Source of the DNA: Candidatus Latescibacterota bacterium
GTDB lineage: Bacteria; Latescibacterota; UBA2968; GCA-2709665
NCBI GenBank assembly: GCA_965219995.1
Contig: CBDCOX010000002.1
Location: forward strand, 1,952,001-2,016,000
Length of the DNA stretch: 64,000 nt
Direction: 5' to 3'
The stretch's first letter is position 1. Every line of letters starts with the position of its first letter. The notes under the pieces were generated by a model. It searched no databases. It saw only the letters and a program-made list of their open reading frames with translations, and was not told the origin of the DNA. This document shows positions 51,613-61,860 of this stretch, piece after piece. Position numbers and translations under genes: made by a program.

Positions 51613-52830
51613 TTACAACCCTTCTGTCGCGATGACTTCCAGCGCCTCGCCCATCGCACGGACGGCCTGGTCGATATCCGCCTCCGTGTGTGAGAAATTC
51701 GTATAACAGACGGAATAGATGATGATCCCTCGCTTCAGGACTTCCTCGTTGAACCTGAGAAACAACCGGCCCGAGTCGGGATGGTCGAACACCAGTTGTC
51801 CGACGGGCGGCGCCCCCGCGAAGCGCACCGGCAGACCCAATCTCTCGCTGCACGCATTGAAGCCTTCGTGAAGCTGTTCGCCGCGCTTCCACAACGTGCC
51901 GATCACATCCTCACGTTCATAGACATCCAGCACGGCACGTGCTGCGGCCAGACCAAGGGTGTCTCCTCCGAACGTGGACGACACCACGCAGTCCTTCACC
52001 GTCTCCATCACCGCCGCATTTCCCGCAAAACAGGATAGCGGCACGCCGTTCGACAACCCCTTGGCAAATACCGCCAGATCGGGAATCACTCCGAAATACT
52101 CCTGTGCGCCGGCACGCCGCAGGCGGAACCCCGTGACGATCTCGTCGAAAATGAGGACGGCCCCGCGCTGTTCGGTTAACTTCCGCAATTCCTTCAGAAA
52201 AGAACGCCCCTGTTCAACTTCCGCATACGCGCAGGCCACGCTGACGGCCGCAATCTCATCCGGCGCGGCTTCGAACGCCGCCGCATACGGACCGATATCG
52301 CCCCACGGCAACGCCATGTAAGTATTTCGAGTCGCCTCCGGCACCCCGCCTCGAGCCATCGTGTTGACCCAGCCGTGATATCCGCAGGTCAGGATGAGTT
52401 CCCGTTCCGTAAACGCCCTCGAAAGGCGGTGGGCGGCCGCCATCGCCTCGCCGCCCGTCTTCAGGAATCGGACCCGTTCCGCGCATGGCAACACCTCGAC
52501 CAGCCGCTCTGCGACCTCAACCTCCAGCGGGTGGGCATAGCTGAACACGATCCCACGCTCCAGCTGCTCTTTGACGGCCTCATCCACCGCGGGGAAACGA
52601 TAGCCCAGGGTAATCGGCCCCAATCCGTTCCTGAAATCGATGTATTCGTTGCCGTCGGCGTCCCACACCCGGCATCCGTCACCCCGAACCAGGTAGCAAG
52701 GCTCCACGCCCCGCAACGCCTCTCTCGGGGCCTTGGAATGGGTCTGGGTACCCAGCGGGATCACCTGCTGCGCCCGGTCATACAGCTCCCACGAACGCGC
52801 AACCGATCGCTCGACCTCCGTTGTCATCAT
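51613..52830 (-). CDS. Class III PLP aminotransferase (GSA-mutase-like)
   Basis: QTHSK, DGNEYID...GLGP..LG, KTGGEA, CGYHGW, LIFDEIVTGFR, FAKGLSNG.P, SSTFGG; RBS AGGAGG. Confidence 0.92.
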   Translation of the reverse strand: MMTTEVERSVARSWELYDRAQQVIPLGTQTHSKAPREALRGVEPCYLVRGDGCRVWDADGNEYIDFRNGLGPITLGYRFPAVDEAVKEQLERGIVFSYAHPLEVEVAERLVEVLPCAERVRFLKTGGEAMAAAHRLSRAFTERELILTCGYHGWVNTMARGGVPEATRNTYMALPWGDIGPYAAAFEAAPDEIAAVSVACAYAEVEQGRSFLKELRKLTEQRGAVLIFDEIVTGFRLRRAGAQEYFGVIPDLAVFAKGLSNGVPLSCFAGNAAVMETVKDCVVSSTFGGDTLGLAAARAVLDVYEREDVIGTLWKRGEQLHEGFNACSERLGLPVRFAGAPPVGQLVFDHPDSGRLFLRFNEEVLKRGIIIYSVCYTNFSHTEADIDQAVRAMGEALEVIATEGL

Positions 52831-52909
52831 CGACCTCCTGAGGAATCCTGTAAAGGGGCCTCGATCGAAAGTGGGATCCAACCCTTGCCATGTGCCCGCA
52901 ACCAGCGGG

Positions 52910-54877
52910 TCAATACCCGTGGATCGAATGCCCGCCGCCCGGAAACCAGACCATGTCCACAATCAACGAAACCCCCACGCCCGTCGAATAACCCACCAGA
53001 ACGCCAAGGAAAAACGGCACGTAGCGACGGTAGAGCGCGGCCCCGCCGATTCGTAATATGAGGAATTTGATAGCCCATGCCAGAAAGACCGAAAACACGG
53101 TATACCGTACCGAGGTTCCCGTACCGGCCAGCGCGAACCCCACGGGGTGGAAAGGCCACCAGGGAAACCGGTACTTGAGAAACGTCAACAACGACATCAC
53201 CGCCGCGCCAATGCCAAACAGACTCAGCTGCAAACGATGGGGCGGCTCCGGGTTGTTCATCTGGGTCAGTACACGTCCAAAACCGGATTTGCTGTACCTC
53301 GTGAACGGCCAATCGTTGAAATTATAGGCCCCGTACGTATATCCCAGATACAACGTAAACACAACCGAGAATATACACCCCAAACCGAAGGCCAGCAGTA
53401 GAGCAGCCAGCACACGCCGCCGCCCGTCTCGGGGGCAAACATCCGCCAATTTCGTGCCGTGGATTACCGACGGCATGAACAGTCCCTTGCCGTAGGACGC
53501 GACGCCGTTCGTGAATGCCAGCGTTGTCAGACTGGAACCCGACAGATTTCGCGACCCGAACAGCGACGTAACGAACCGTTGCGGCCCAACGGGCATGCTG
53601 ATGAATACCAGTCCCACGTCTGACACGATGCGCGCAACGCCCAGATACAGGACGAATGCCGCCAGAACGAACGCACAGGCCAGTACAAGACTCATCCCCG
53701 CCTGCCACCACCAGAAAACGGCGAAGAGCACGCACGCAGCCAGCCCGAACACCGCCGTCCGGAACGACATCATCTCGTCTTTCTCGTCCAGCGGCGCTGC
53801 CTTCCCGATCGCTTTCCTGAAGACCAGCCTCAAATGGTTCCTGGAAGTCCAGAATCCCCAACCCACCATCGCGAAAAACGCGCCCAGAGGCAGCCACTGA
53901 AAATCGCCCGACGCGTGGGACCACGAACTGGCGTTGTATCCCAGACGGTTCAGGATTCCGCTCCGAATGATGAACAGCAGATCGAAGAACCAGAGGCTGA
54001 ACAGGACGTCGATATTGGCGAAATAGCAGAAAGATATCGTGAACATGTTGATCCGTGTCCACAGACCAGGGAAGTAGCGTTCGAACCTGATCCAGGGACC
54101 CCAGCGGATATTCGGAATTTGCGGAAAGCCGGGAACGAAGTAGTTGATCATATTCCACGCCAGAATGCCGAACGCGACGGCGAAGCCAATCCAGAAAAGC
54201 CGTGGGAACTCCAATGACCGGGCACGTTCCGTAAGCTCCGTGACCGGGCGCAGAATCGGAAACGAAATGCGTTCGCTCTCCACCCACTGCTTGCGCAGAA
54301 TCACCGCGAGGCAGACGGAACCGAAGAAAAGAGCGGTAATCAGCCCCATCCAGCAAACCACCGGCACGAACCAGGCATTCCAGGGAATGGCGTCGCCGGG
54401 CGGCAGTCCTTCGAACAGGTGATTGAGCGTGCCGTTCGTGTTCCTCGGCGCCAGCCAGTGCGGAATATAGGGATGGAAGAATTCTCCCCACTGGTTCTCC
54501 GGCGTCGCGAAGTAGAAAGGCGCCGCGATCGCACCCAGGAAATACCCCGTCAGGCCCACAGACGGAATGGCCCCGCCGACCAGACCGCCCGCGAGCACGA
54601 CCAGGAGTTCCGTCGACGATAGCGCGTACCGATGCGAGAGTAACCGGCACAGCGGGTTCAGTCCCAGGGCAAGCAGGAGGTACAACAGCAGCGTACCCAT
54701 CGGAAAATGACTCAACGTCATGCGCGACGCGTGGACGACGTACTCCACGTAATTCACGACGACGTTCACCCCGACGGCCAGCAATCCGGCCAGCAAAACG
54801 CTGCGCAGCGTCACCGCCTTCCTGTCAAGTCCACCCTCGACTTCGGCCGGTACGGCAACGGCGGATGCTTCTGCCAT
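52910..54877 (-). CDS. Polytopic membrane protein, DUF6785/DUF6784 (OPT-like putative transporter)
   Basis: Many TM helices; FYFATPEN.W, IPW..W..P, ILRKQWVE.ERI.FP, SLWFF, RFPWWPFHPVG, KFLILRIGG..LYR...PFFLG. Confidence 0.78.
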   Translation of the reverse strand: MAEASAVAVPAEVEGGLDRKAVTLRSVLLAGLLAVGVNVVVNYVEYVVHASRMTLSHFPMGTLLLYLLLALGLNPLCRLLSHRYALSSTELLVVLAGGLVGGAIPSVGLTGYFLGAIAAPFYFATPENQWGEFFHPYIPHWLAPRNTNGTLNHLFEGLPPGDAIPWNAWFVPVVCWMGLITALFFGSVCLAVILRKQWVESERISFPILRPVTELTERARSLEFPRLFWIGFAVAFGILAWNMINYFVPGFPQIPNIRWGPWIRFERYFPGLWTRINMFTISFCYFANIDVLFSLWFFDLLFIIRSGILNRLGYNASSWSHASGDFQWLPLGAFFAMVGWGFWTSRNHLRLVFRKAIGKAAPLDEKDEMMSFRTAVFGLAACVLFAVFWWWQAGMSLVLACAFVLAAFVLYLGVARIVSDVGLVFISMPVGPQRFVTSLFGSRNLSGSSLTTLAFTNGVASYGKGLFMPSVIHGTKLADVCPRDGRRRVLAALLLAFGLGCIFSVVFTLYLGYTYGAYNFNDWPFTRYSKSGFGRVLTQMNNPEPPHRLQLSLFGIGAAVMSLLTFLKYRFPWWPFHPVGFALAGTGTSVRYTVFSVFLAWAIKFLILRIGGAALYRRYVPFFLGVLVGYSTGVGVSLIVDMVWFPGGGHSIHGY

Positions 54878-55199
54878 CGTAACTATCCTCTTATCCTGTG
54901 ACACCCACAATGGCGAGCCGCCGGATCACCTGCGGATCCAGGACCAATGAGATCGGGATCAGCGATAAACACACTAATTCTGAGGCATTCTCCGGGACAC
55001 AGCAATATACAAAACCAACTTAATAAACACAAAAAGACCGGGCTCCAGCGTTCGAGCCCAGTATGTGAATCGTTGCAATCGAATCTGAATCCCCATCGGG
55101 TACGGCTTTCCTCGTGGGAACGGTATTTGCTATCAAATTGACTTAAGGGCGATGGTTGTTTACTTTAATTCAACGGACGCAGGCGGAGCGAATTCCAGG

Positions 55200-55432
55200 A
55201 TGCCGACGACTTCGATCGAAGGGTACAAACTTCGGTTCTATTCTTCAGACCGGTTTGAACCCCGCACGTCCATGTGTTAAAGGGCGGCAACGAAGCCAAA
55301 ATCTGGCTTCAGCCGATAGAGGTAGAACGTAACTACGGTTTCAACCCGGTGGAATTGAATCGCATTGTCAGATTAACACATCGGAATCAGCCAATGCTAC
55401 TGGAGACGTGGAATGTCTATTTTGCCCGATGA
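55200..55432 (+). pseudogene. DUF4160-family (DhiT-like) toxin with a single-base frameshift
   Basis: MPT..IEGYKLRFYSSD..EP in one frame, PHVHV.KG.NEAKIWL.P...NYGF...EL..I..........W..YF in the next; C4 run at 55260-55263 where C5 would restore the frame. Confidence 0.8.
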
Positions 55433-55679
55433 AACCACCAGTCAGGTCAAAGCAACCGGGGTTCGATTCGTCGACAACAGGCTTCATATTTCGTTGGACG
55501 ACGGCCGGGACATCAGCCTCTCCATACACAGGGTCGATTGGCTGGGCTGGCTTGCAAAAGCAACCCCTGAGCAACGAGACAACTGGTCGATTGAGCCCGG
55601 AGGCTTCGCGGTGTATTGGGAAGACCTCGACGACGGCATCGAAATCAGACATCTGTTGAAACTGCAGCCCCTTTCATAG
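55413..55679 (+). CDS. DUF2442-family antitoxin-like protein
   Basis: A..VRF....L.I.LDDGR.IS......WL..ATPEQR.NW.I..GG..VYWEDLDDGI. Confidence 0.88.
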   Translation: MSILPDETTSQVKATGVRFVDNRLHISLDDGRDISLSIHRVDWLGWLAKATPEQRDNWSIEPGGFAVYWEDLDDGIEIRHLLKLQPLS

Positions 55680-55820
55680 TCACGCGGACGCCTTACGGCA
55701 TTCAATCAGACTACGTAAATTGAACGTTCCGTACCCTTAAACAAAAGCGGAAGACCTGCATCCAGTCCCTGCAATGCCGTCCGAAAGGGCAATACCGCCA
55801 TCTGCAAAGACTCGTGTCTA

Positions 55821-57434
55821 CTATACACCAGCAGCCCACATGTTTCCGCCCGCCCGCACCTTCCCCTCCGTCTTCAGGAATTCCGCGCAATGCGCGCCGC
55901 CCGCGACGCCTCCGACCACGTCCAGATCGTGGCCCATTTCGAGCAGCCCGTCCCGAATGGCTTCGTCCAGCGATCTCGTTACCATCAGGGGCTCCTCCAT
56001 CTGGACGTGCATCCGGGGGCCGGACACGGCCTCGAACGATGTCGCGCCGAAATCCACGATTTTCTGCGCGACCCGCGCGTTCACGCTCACAAGCCTTCGC
56101 CCTCCCGGCAACCCCGTCGCGACGTCCCGGTCCGGGAGGCGAATGATCAGCGGCGCCGTGTTGTTCAGCGGGCGTTTTCCGGGTCCCACCGAGTTTCGGC
56201 GTCCCGGCCGAGGATCCAGCCGGCACATCCCGTGCCCCAGTATCAACCCCGTACCGGGCACCGTGACCAGGGACCCGAATGCGCCGCCCTGAGAGATTGT
56301 CACGGACGCCACGTTGCCTTCCACGTCCGCCGTGGAAACATGGAGTGTCCCCTCCGACGAATCCCCCTCCGGCCCCGGGGACCGCCGATCCACAAGCTGC
56401 GGAAACTGCCGTACGGACTCTGCGCGTCCCGCCGCGTAGTCTTTACTCAACAGCCGCTCAACCCGGACCTCCACGTGATCCGGATCCGCCAGATACAGGA
56501 GCCGGTCCCGCCACGCCAGTTTCAGCACTTCGGCCAGCAGGTGCCAGTACGTCACCGTATCGTCCGGCACCGGATCGAAGCACTCCAGCATATTGAGCAC
56601 CTGGAGGGCCGTCAGCCCACCGTTCGGCAAGATCGCCGCATAGACGGTAGCGTCGCGGTAGCCGGTCTCGTAAGGCGCCGTTACGCGGGGCTCAAAGGCG
56701 GCCATATCCTTCCGCGTTAGCGCCCCGCCCGCGCTGCCGACGTGATCCGCGATCTTCCACCCGATCTCTCCATCGTAGAAGTCGCGCCACCCCGCCTCGC
56801 ACGCTCGCGTCAACGATTTTTCCATATCACGCCTGTGCCATCTGTCGTCCTCCTTCGGCAGACGCCCTTCCGGCATCAGATGCTTCTCTGTTTCCGGGAA
56901 CCGCCGGATCACCTTCGCCAGGTGCCGAACCGCGGCGGCCGTGGAGCCGAACGGGAATCCGTTCTCCAGCAGCGTCAGCGACGGCGCCACGATATCCGAC
57001 CACTTCAGCCGGCCCCAGCGCTCCCACAGCAGCCCCATCCCCGCCATCATGCCCGGCGGGCCCACCGCCTGCGGGCCGTGCACATTGGCGTTGTCCCTCA
57101 CGGAACAGAGGTACTCGTTCTCGTTGATCCCCTTCGGCCCGTCCCGCATCGGCACCACGTCGTACATCGTCTCACGCGCCGATGCGGGCGCAATGGAGTT
57201 GGCATCCAGAGACCACACCTTCCCGGTCCGCCCGTCCAGCACGAGGGCGCACAGCACATATCCCATCACGCCAGTGGACTGAGGCTGCAGCATACAGCAG
57301 GCCATACTTGCCGCGGCGGCCGCGTCCATCGCGTTCCCGCCCAGGTCCAATACGCGCGCGCCCACACGGGCCGCTTCCTCCGGGCCGGCGGCAACAGCGC
57401 CCCGAGACGTGAGAATTTCCTTGCCTTCAATCAT
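55821..57434 (-). CDS. Gamma-glutamyltransferase family Ntn hydrolase (T3)
   Basis: GGNAMDAA, FY.GEI, GG.LT..D, EGTLHVS..D..GN..S.T (Thr nucleophile), FGS.V..PGTG..L, PGKRP, G.PGG. Confidence 0.9.
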   Translation of the reverse strand: MIEGKEILTSRGAVAAGPEEAARVGARVLDLGGNAMDAAAAASMACCMLQPQSTGVMGYVLCALVLDGRTGKVWSLDANSIAPASARETMYDVVPMRDGPKGINENEYLCSVRDNANVHGPQAVGPPGMMAGMGLLWERWGRLKWSDIVAPSLTLLENGFPFGSTAAAVRHLAKVIRRFPETEKHLMPEGRLPKEDDRWHRRDMEKSLTRACEAGWRDFYDGEIGWKIADHVGSAGGALTRKDMAAFEPRVTAPYETGYRDATVYAAILPNGGLTALQVLNMLECFDPVPDDTVTYWHLLAEVLKLAWRDRLLYLADPDHVEVRVERLLSKDYAAGRAESVRQFPQLVDRRSPGPEGDSSEGTLHVSTADVEGNVASVTISQGGAFGSLVTVPGTGLILGHGMCRLDPRPGRRNSVGPGKRPLNNTAPLIIRLPDRDVATGLPGGRRLVSVNARVAQKIVDFGATSFEAVSGPRMHVQMEEPLMVTRSLDEAIRDGLLEMGHDLDVVGGVAGGAHCAEFLKTEGKVRAGGNMWAAGV

Positions 57435-57538
57435 CCGATTCCTTGCTCGGGATCGCAAACCGCCGCTTCCGACGGCGCCACGGGTTTCCTGTGTTTTCGG
57501 CAGAACGGCTCGCATGCGAGAGACCGCATGGACGATGC

Positions 57539-58756
57539 CTACAATCCGGCTGCGACCTTGTTGATTGCGGCCGCGATATCCCGAATGTCGGAGGCTTCCA
57601 TCTGCTCATGGATGCCCCGTACGGCGACGGTCCGCAAACCGGCTACGGCCTGAGGGGTTGTGTCCGGGCCATAATGGTATTCCCGGTCCGTCGCCCCGCA
57701 GGTGAACGGACAACCGCTTTTTCCGTACGTTTTCTTCTCAGTGAGGAACTTTCCGCGCATGAATATCGGATCGCCAATATAGTGGGCGCCTGTAGGCACG
57801 CCCTCGGCGGACAGCGCTTTGCAGAACCGATCCGGGTCGTGACCCGTCACGTGAAATATGAAATTCCACCACGATACCTCCCTGTCCGCCTCCCCGGGCA
57901 CGGGTTCGATTCCCGGTGCGTGCGCAATCAACTCGCACAACGTCCGGCCCAGGTAAATCCGGCGCTTGACCACGGAGCGCACCTTTTCCAACTGCGCCAG
58001 GCCCACCGCTCCCTGCATTTCCGTCATCCGATACGTCGGCGCCAGAAACCCGTGATCCCGCTCGCCCATGTATTGATAGTCCCATCCCTTATCTGAAAAC
58101 AGCTTCAGGCGGATGTACGTCTTTTCGTCATTGGTGACCGTCATTCCGCCGTCGCCGGTGGTCATGTGTTTGGATTGCTGAAGGCTGAAACACCCCATGT
58201 GCCCGAACGTCCCCACGTACCGACCCTTGAATCTGGTCGCGTGCGCCTGGCTGCAATCCTCGATCAGGATCAGGTTGTATCGATCGGCGACGTCCACGAC
58301 CCCTTCGACGTCGCACGGCCTCCCGAAGAGATGCACCAGAATGATCGCCCGCGTCCGGCCCGTAATGACAGCTTCGATGGACTCGGGCGTCATGTTCAAC
58401 GTCCTCGGTTCCACGTCGGCGAAGACCGGGACCGCGTTCTGCTGCAGGATCGGCATCACGCTGCCCGGATCGGTCACGGGCGCGGTAATGATCTCGTCTC
58501 CCGGCTCCGGGTTCACGGCCCCCACCGCAACGTGAATAGCGGCCGATCCGCCCGTGGAACTCTGTGCGTACCTGACACCGTAAAAGTCGGCAAAGGCTCT
58601 TTCGAAATCCTTTACGAACCGTCCGCTCTTGCCGAACAGATTCTGGCTGCGCACGGCATCAATCAGCAACTCTTCCTCCCGTTGCCCGAACGGCGTCCTC
58701 TCGGGAAACGGTCGCGTTCGAACCTTCGGCCCTCCATGGATTGCCAGCCTTGCCAT
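57539..58756 (-). CDS. DegT/DnrJ/EryC1/StrS family PLP aminotransferase
   Basis: LAIHGG, FE..FA...G, PGDEII, PVFADV, VHLFG, IEDCSQA, FSLQQSKHMTTGDGG, YRMTEMQGAVG; RBS GGAGG. Confidence 0.95.
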   Translation of the reverse strand: MARLAIHGGPKVRTRPFPERTPFGQREEELLIDAVRSQNLFGKSGRFVKDFERAFADFYGVRYAQSSTGGSAAIHVAVGAVNPEPGDEIITAPVTDPGSVMPILQQNAVPVFADVEPRTLNMTPESIEAVITGRTRAIILVHLFGRPCDVEGVVDVADRYNLILIEDCSQAHATRFKGRYVGTFGHMGCFSLQQSKHMTTGDGGMTVTNDEKTYIRLKLFSDKGWDYQYMGERDHGFLAPTYRMTEMQGAVGLAQLEKVRSVVKRRIYLGRTLCELIAHAPGIEPVPGEADREVSWWNFIFHVTGHDPDRFCKALSAEGVPTGAHYIGDPIFMRGKFLTEKKTYGKSGCPFTCGATDREYHYGPDTTPQAVAGLRTVAVRGIHEQMEASDIRDIAAAINKVAAGL

Positions 58757-58782
58757 TTTCCCTCCGAAACACAAAACGATTT

Positions 58783-59104
58783 TGGATAGGCGTGATCCAC
58801 TCCTGACAAATCGAAAACTTGGAACAAACATGGATGGACAGGATGAGCAGGATAAAAGCTGGAAAAGCGGAGAACCCTTGTCGATCCGGCATATCATCCA
58901 GGCAAATGACAACGTCACTGCCGTCCAACACTCAAACCGACTATGGATAGACGTGATCCACTCCTGACAAATTCAAAACCCGGAACAAACAAGGATGGAC
59001 AGGATGAACAGGATAAAAACTGGAAAAGCGGAGAACCCTTGTCGATCCGGCATATCATCCAGGCAAATGACAACGTCACTGCCGTCCAACACTCGAACCG
59101 TCTT
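58783..59104. repeat. Tandem duplication of a 161-bp unit containing CAGGAT-type 9-mer repeats
   Basis: Copies start at 58783 and 58944; a long identical core (CTGGAAAAGCGGAGAACC...CCAACACTC) with scattered substitutions elsewhere. Confidence 0.92.
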
Positions 59105-59129
59105 GGGCACACGTGACTTCCAAAAAATA

Positions 59130-59208
59130 AGAATCCAGAAGCTGGAAGTCAGAATCCGGTAGTGAAACCGGCAATTATTCTGATTCTGACCCTCAACTCC
59201 TGGATTTC
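59130..59208. repeat. Heptamer-periodic inverted repeat (long hairpin)
   Basis: AATCCAGAAGCTGGAAGTCAGAATC pairs with GATTCTGACCCTCAACTCCTGGATT; inner CCGGT/ACCGG stem. Confidence 0.7.
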
Positions 59209-59261
59209 TCAAATGGCACTCCGCCCAATGCCCCTCCATCCCGATCCCCTTTTGTTGCCGT

Positions 59262-61730
59262 TTACCGCTCCAACCGGAACAGGACCTCCTTCTCCGCTTC
59301 CACGTCGCCGTTCTGGTCCACAACGCGAACCGTCAGCCGGTTCACGCCGGACTTGGCGTTTCTGAGGTCCATCTCGAAATACTCCTGAAGGTCCGTTTCA
59401 TCCCGGATTTGCTCCGTGGATACGGAAACCTCCGGGGTGCGTTCACCCCTGCGGAACAGCGTGCCTACACCCGCCCACAAGCGCCCGAACGTGCCGCCCT
59501 TCTCCGGCATCGAATGGATCGTGTAATGCAGCGTAAACCGGCTCTGGCCGAACGTGTCCGGCTTCAGCCCATAAGCTTCGTAATAGACAAACGGGTGCTG
59601 GTTCATCCGATAGGTCTTGGTGGTCATCGGAATTACCCAGATTCCGCCCCCCTTTGCGTATTTTTCCAGCCCGCCATCCGTCGATATCTGGAATCCCAGT
59701 TCCAGGCCGCTCAGCTTCAACGTATCCAGGGAATAGTCCTCGACCTCGAGTCGTTCCTTATAGATGCCCGAATGGCCGGAAACAAGGTCTTTGACCTGTA
59801 CACGCATATCGTAAGCGCCCGGCGTCACGTCCAGCGCGAGCTGATTCGGAATAAAGGTCCCCTTGCCCGTATAGAGCTCCTTCGACGTGCGCAACGCCAG
59901 TTCCTCGCTGTCCTGCAGCGTCTGTCCCGATACCGGATCGTACAACGCGATCGCACACCCCAGTTGGAAAACGGTCTGTTCGTCCGATTCCGACCCGCTC
60001 AGGCTGCGGGGCGGAATTCCATAATAGACTTCAACTCGCGTCTTGCCATTGGATCCCCGGAACGTCGCGCGATCGTAGTAGAAATCCAGAAATGCCTCGC
60101 GGCCGCCGGGAAGATAGTGTTCCGGCATCTGCCGTATGCTCCGGTTCATTACCATCGCGGGCGAATACTTCACCATCCGGCTGGTCCGCCGTAGCGCGCC
60201 TTCGTCGAATTCCGCCGCGGGCACGGGCGCGAAGTCGAACCTCCCACCCCCCAGTTCGTTGGTAAACACCACCTCGATGCCCCCCGCGACACCCGTATAT
60301 ACCCAGGACTCCCACTTGATGAAGGACATGAAGTCCCCTCCCGCCACCTGCGCGCGGTTTTGGGACAGGGTGACCACGTAATTGTCTCCATCCAGCGCCG
60401 ACATATCCGCGGGGGCCAGGGGTTCGTCGGCCAGAGCAGGCGCCCCCAGTTCCACCTCCAGAGGGTCCGGCGCCTCGCCCTGATCGGTACCCGGCGGCAA
60501 TTCAGCCGGGAAATCCAGGCCCACCTCGTGCATCCTGCGAACCGGGAATACAGGCCCACGTCCCACGTCCGCCATGCCCAGCGGCCCGTAGATATCGTGG
60601 GCGACGCGCTCCTTGATCCGCTCGACGGAAACCGGCATTGGCGGCGCCACGCTGCCGGACGTCGACCGGTATTCCGGTTCGCCGTATCGGATATAGACCT
60701 CCCCGCGCCGGTCCCACGGATACGCCAATTCGGAAAAAGAGGTTCGCGAATACCACACGCGCCGATAGTGCTCCAGCTTCCGCTCGTTCACCGAAGTCAT
60801 CAGGTCCGGGTCTCTTACCGACCAGAACCGCACGAGGTACTCCCTCCGTACGGCCGCATCATCCGCGGTCTCCCGATAGGCGTGGAGCTCTTCCCTGGAT
60901 GCAATCAGGCTAACGTCCTGGTACAACCGGCGTTCTTCGGACGGCATCCGTGAAAAACCGCGGCCGTAATACTGCATGGCCAGATCCAGGGCCTCCCGGC
61001 TCGCGCAGGCCTGCGCCACGACCGGCAGCAGCAAAGCCTCGTCCGCGGTTACCTCCAGGGAGTCCAGCGCTTCCGATGGCAAGTCCTCAAAAACACCCGT
61101 CCGGACAAAGGCCCCGACCACCGCCTGGACCACCGCCGGCTCCCTCGTCGGATCCACCGACAGAGAGCGCACGTAGGCGTCGACAGACTTGTCATAATCC
61201 TCGATATCGGAATACAGGCGCCCGAGGAGTCTGTGGGCCAGTTCGAAACGCGGCGACAGCGCCGCTGCCCGCGACGCGTGGTAAATCGTCTGCTCCGTAA
61301 ACCTGCCCTTTTCGCCCTCAGCGGTCCCGGACCGGTAGGACGCCAGCGCCATCCCGAAGTGGGCCGGCGCGAACCCGTCGTTCTGCGCAAGGGCCGACTG
61401 GAACGCCTCCCGCGCCCTCGTCAGGTCCGACTTCAGCAACCTCGTGTATCCAATGCGGGTATTGTGACCGGCCGGATCAGTCGTCAATTGCGGCCAGTAC
61501 GCCTTTACGGCCCGCTGCACCTCCCGGTCCGGGTCGAAAGGCAGGTTGCCAAAGACAGCCGGCATCTCGTACCCCTCAGCGACCCGCTGCCCCTCCGGGT
61601 CCGGTACGGCGGTTGAAGACCCTGCCGCTTCCGGTTTTGTCTGTTCGGCACGGGTAGGGAGACCGTTCGTCAGCACAAAGGTCAAAGCGGCGAACCAGAT
61701 AACCGTCCTCAATGATTGAATCCGGTACAT
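59262..61730 (-). CDS. Secreted TPR + GWxTD-like domain protein (paralog of 47783-51532)
   Basis: Signal peptide; TPRs; FWSVRDPD..T.VNER.LEHYRRVWY; PWDRRGEVYIRYGEP; WESWVY; C-terminal Ig-like domains. Confidence 0.82.
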   Translation of the reverse strand: MYRIQSLRTVIWFAALTFVLTNGLPTRAEQTKPEAAGSSTAVPDPEGQRVAEGYEMPAVFGNLPFDPDREVQRAVKAYWPQLTTDPAGHNTRIGYTRLLKSDLTRAREAFQSALAQNDGFAPAHFGMALASYRSGTAEGEKGRFTEQTIYHASRAAALSPRFELAHRLLGRLYSDIEDYDKSVDAYVRSLSVDPTREPAVVQAVVGAFVRTGVFEDLPSEALDSLEVTADEALLLPVVAQACASREALDLAMQYYGRGFSRMPSEERRLYQDVSLIASREELHAYRETADDAAVRREYLVRFWSVRDPDLMTSVNERKLEHYRRVWYSRTSFSELAYPWDRRGEVYIRYGEPEYRSTSGSVAPPMPVSVERIKERVAHDIYGPLGMADVGRGPVFPVRRMHEVGLDFPAELPPGTDQGEAPDPLEVELGAPALADEPLAPADMSALDGDNYVVTLSQNRAQVAGGDFMSFIKWESWVYTGVAGGIEVVFTNELGGGRFDFAPVPAAEFDEGALRRTSRMVKYSPAMVMNRSIRQMPEHYLPGGREAFLDFYYDRATFRGSNGKTRVEVYYGIPPRSLSGSESDEQTVFQLGCAIALYDPVSGQTLQDSEELALRTSKELYTGKGTFIPNQLALDVTPGAYDMRVQVKDLVSGHSGIYKERLEVEDYSLDTLKLSGLELGFQISTDGGLEKYAKGGGIWVIPMTTKTYRMNQHPFVYYEAYGLKPDTFGQSRFTLHYTIHSMPEKGGTFGRLWAGVGTLFRRGERTPEVSVSTEQIRDETDLQEYFEMDLRNAKSGVNRLTVRVVDQNGDVEAEKEVLFRLER

Positions 61731-61860
61731 CGTTTTCGTCCTCGTTTCAGGTTGGCGCCATCAGATCAGACCGCAACAGCAATCCTCGATACACGACGGG
61801 CGAAACGCGCACACTGTTCCCGATAACTATAGGATGCTCACGGGAGAAAATGGTTGCAAA

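Noticed and set aside
58757-59323. Small ORFs and the DegT N-terminal extension (SCSSCPS peptides)
   Set aside because: These are translations of the 161-bp repeat; the DegT RBS and start are at 58756.
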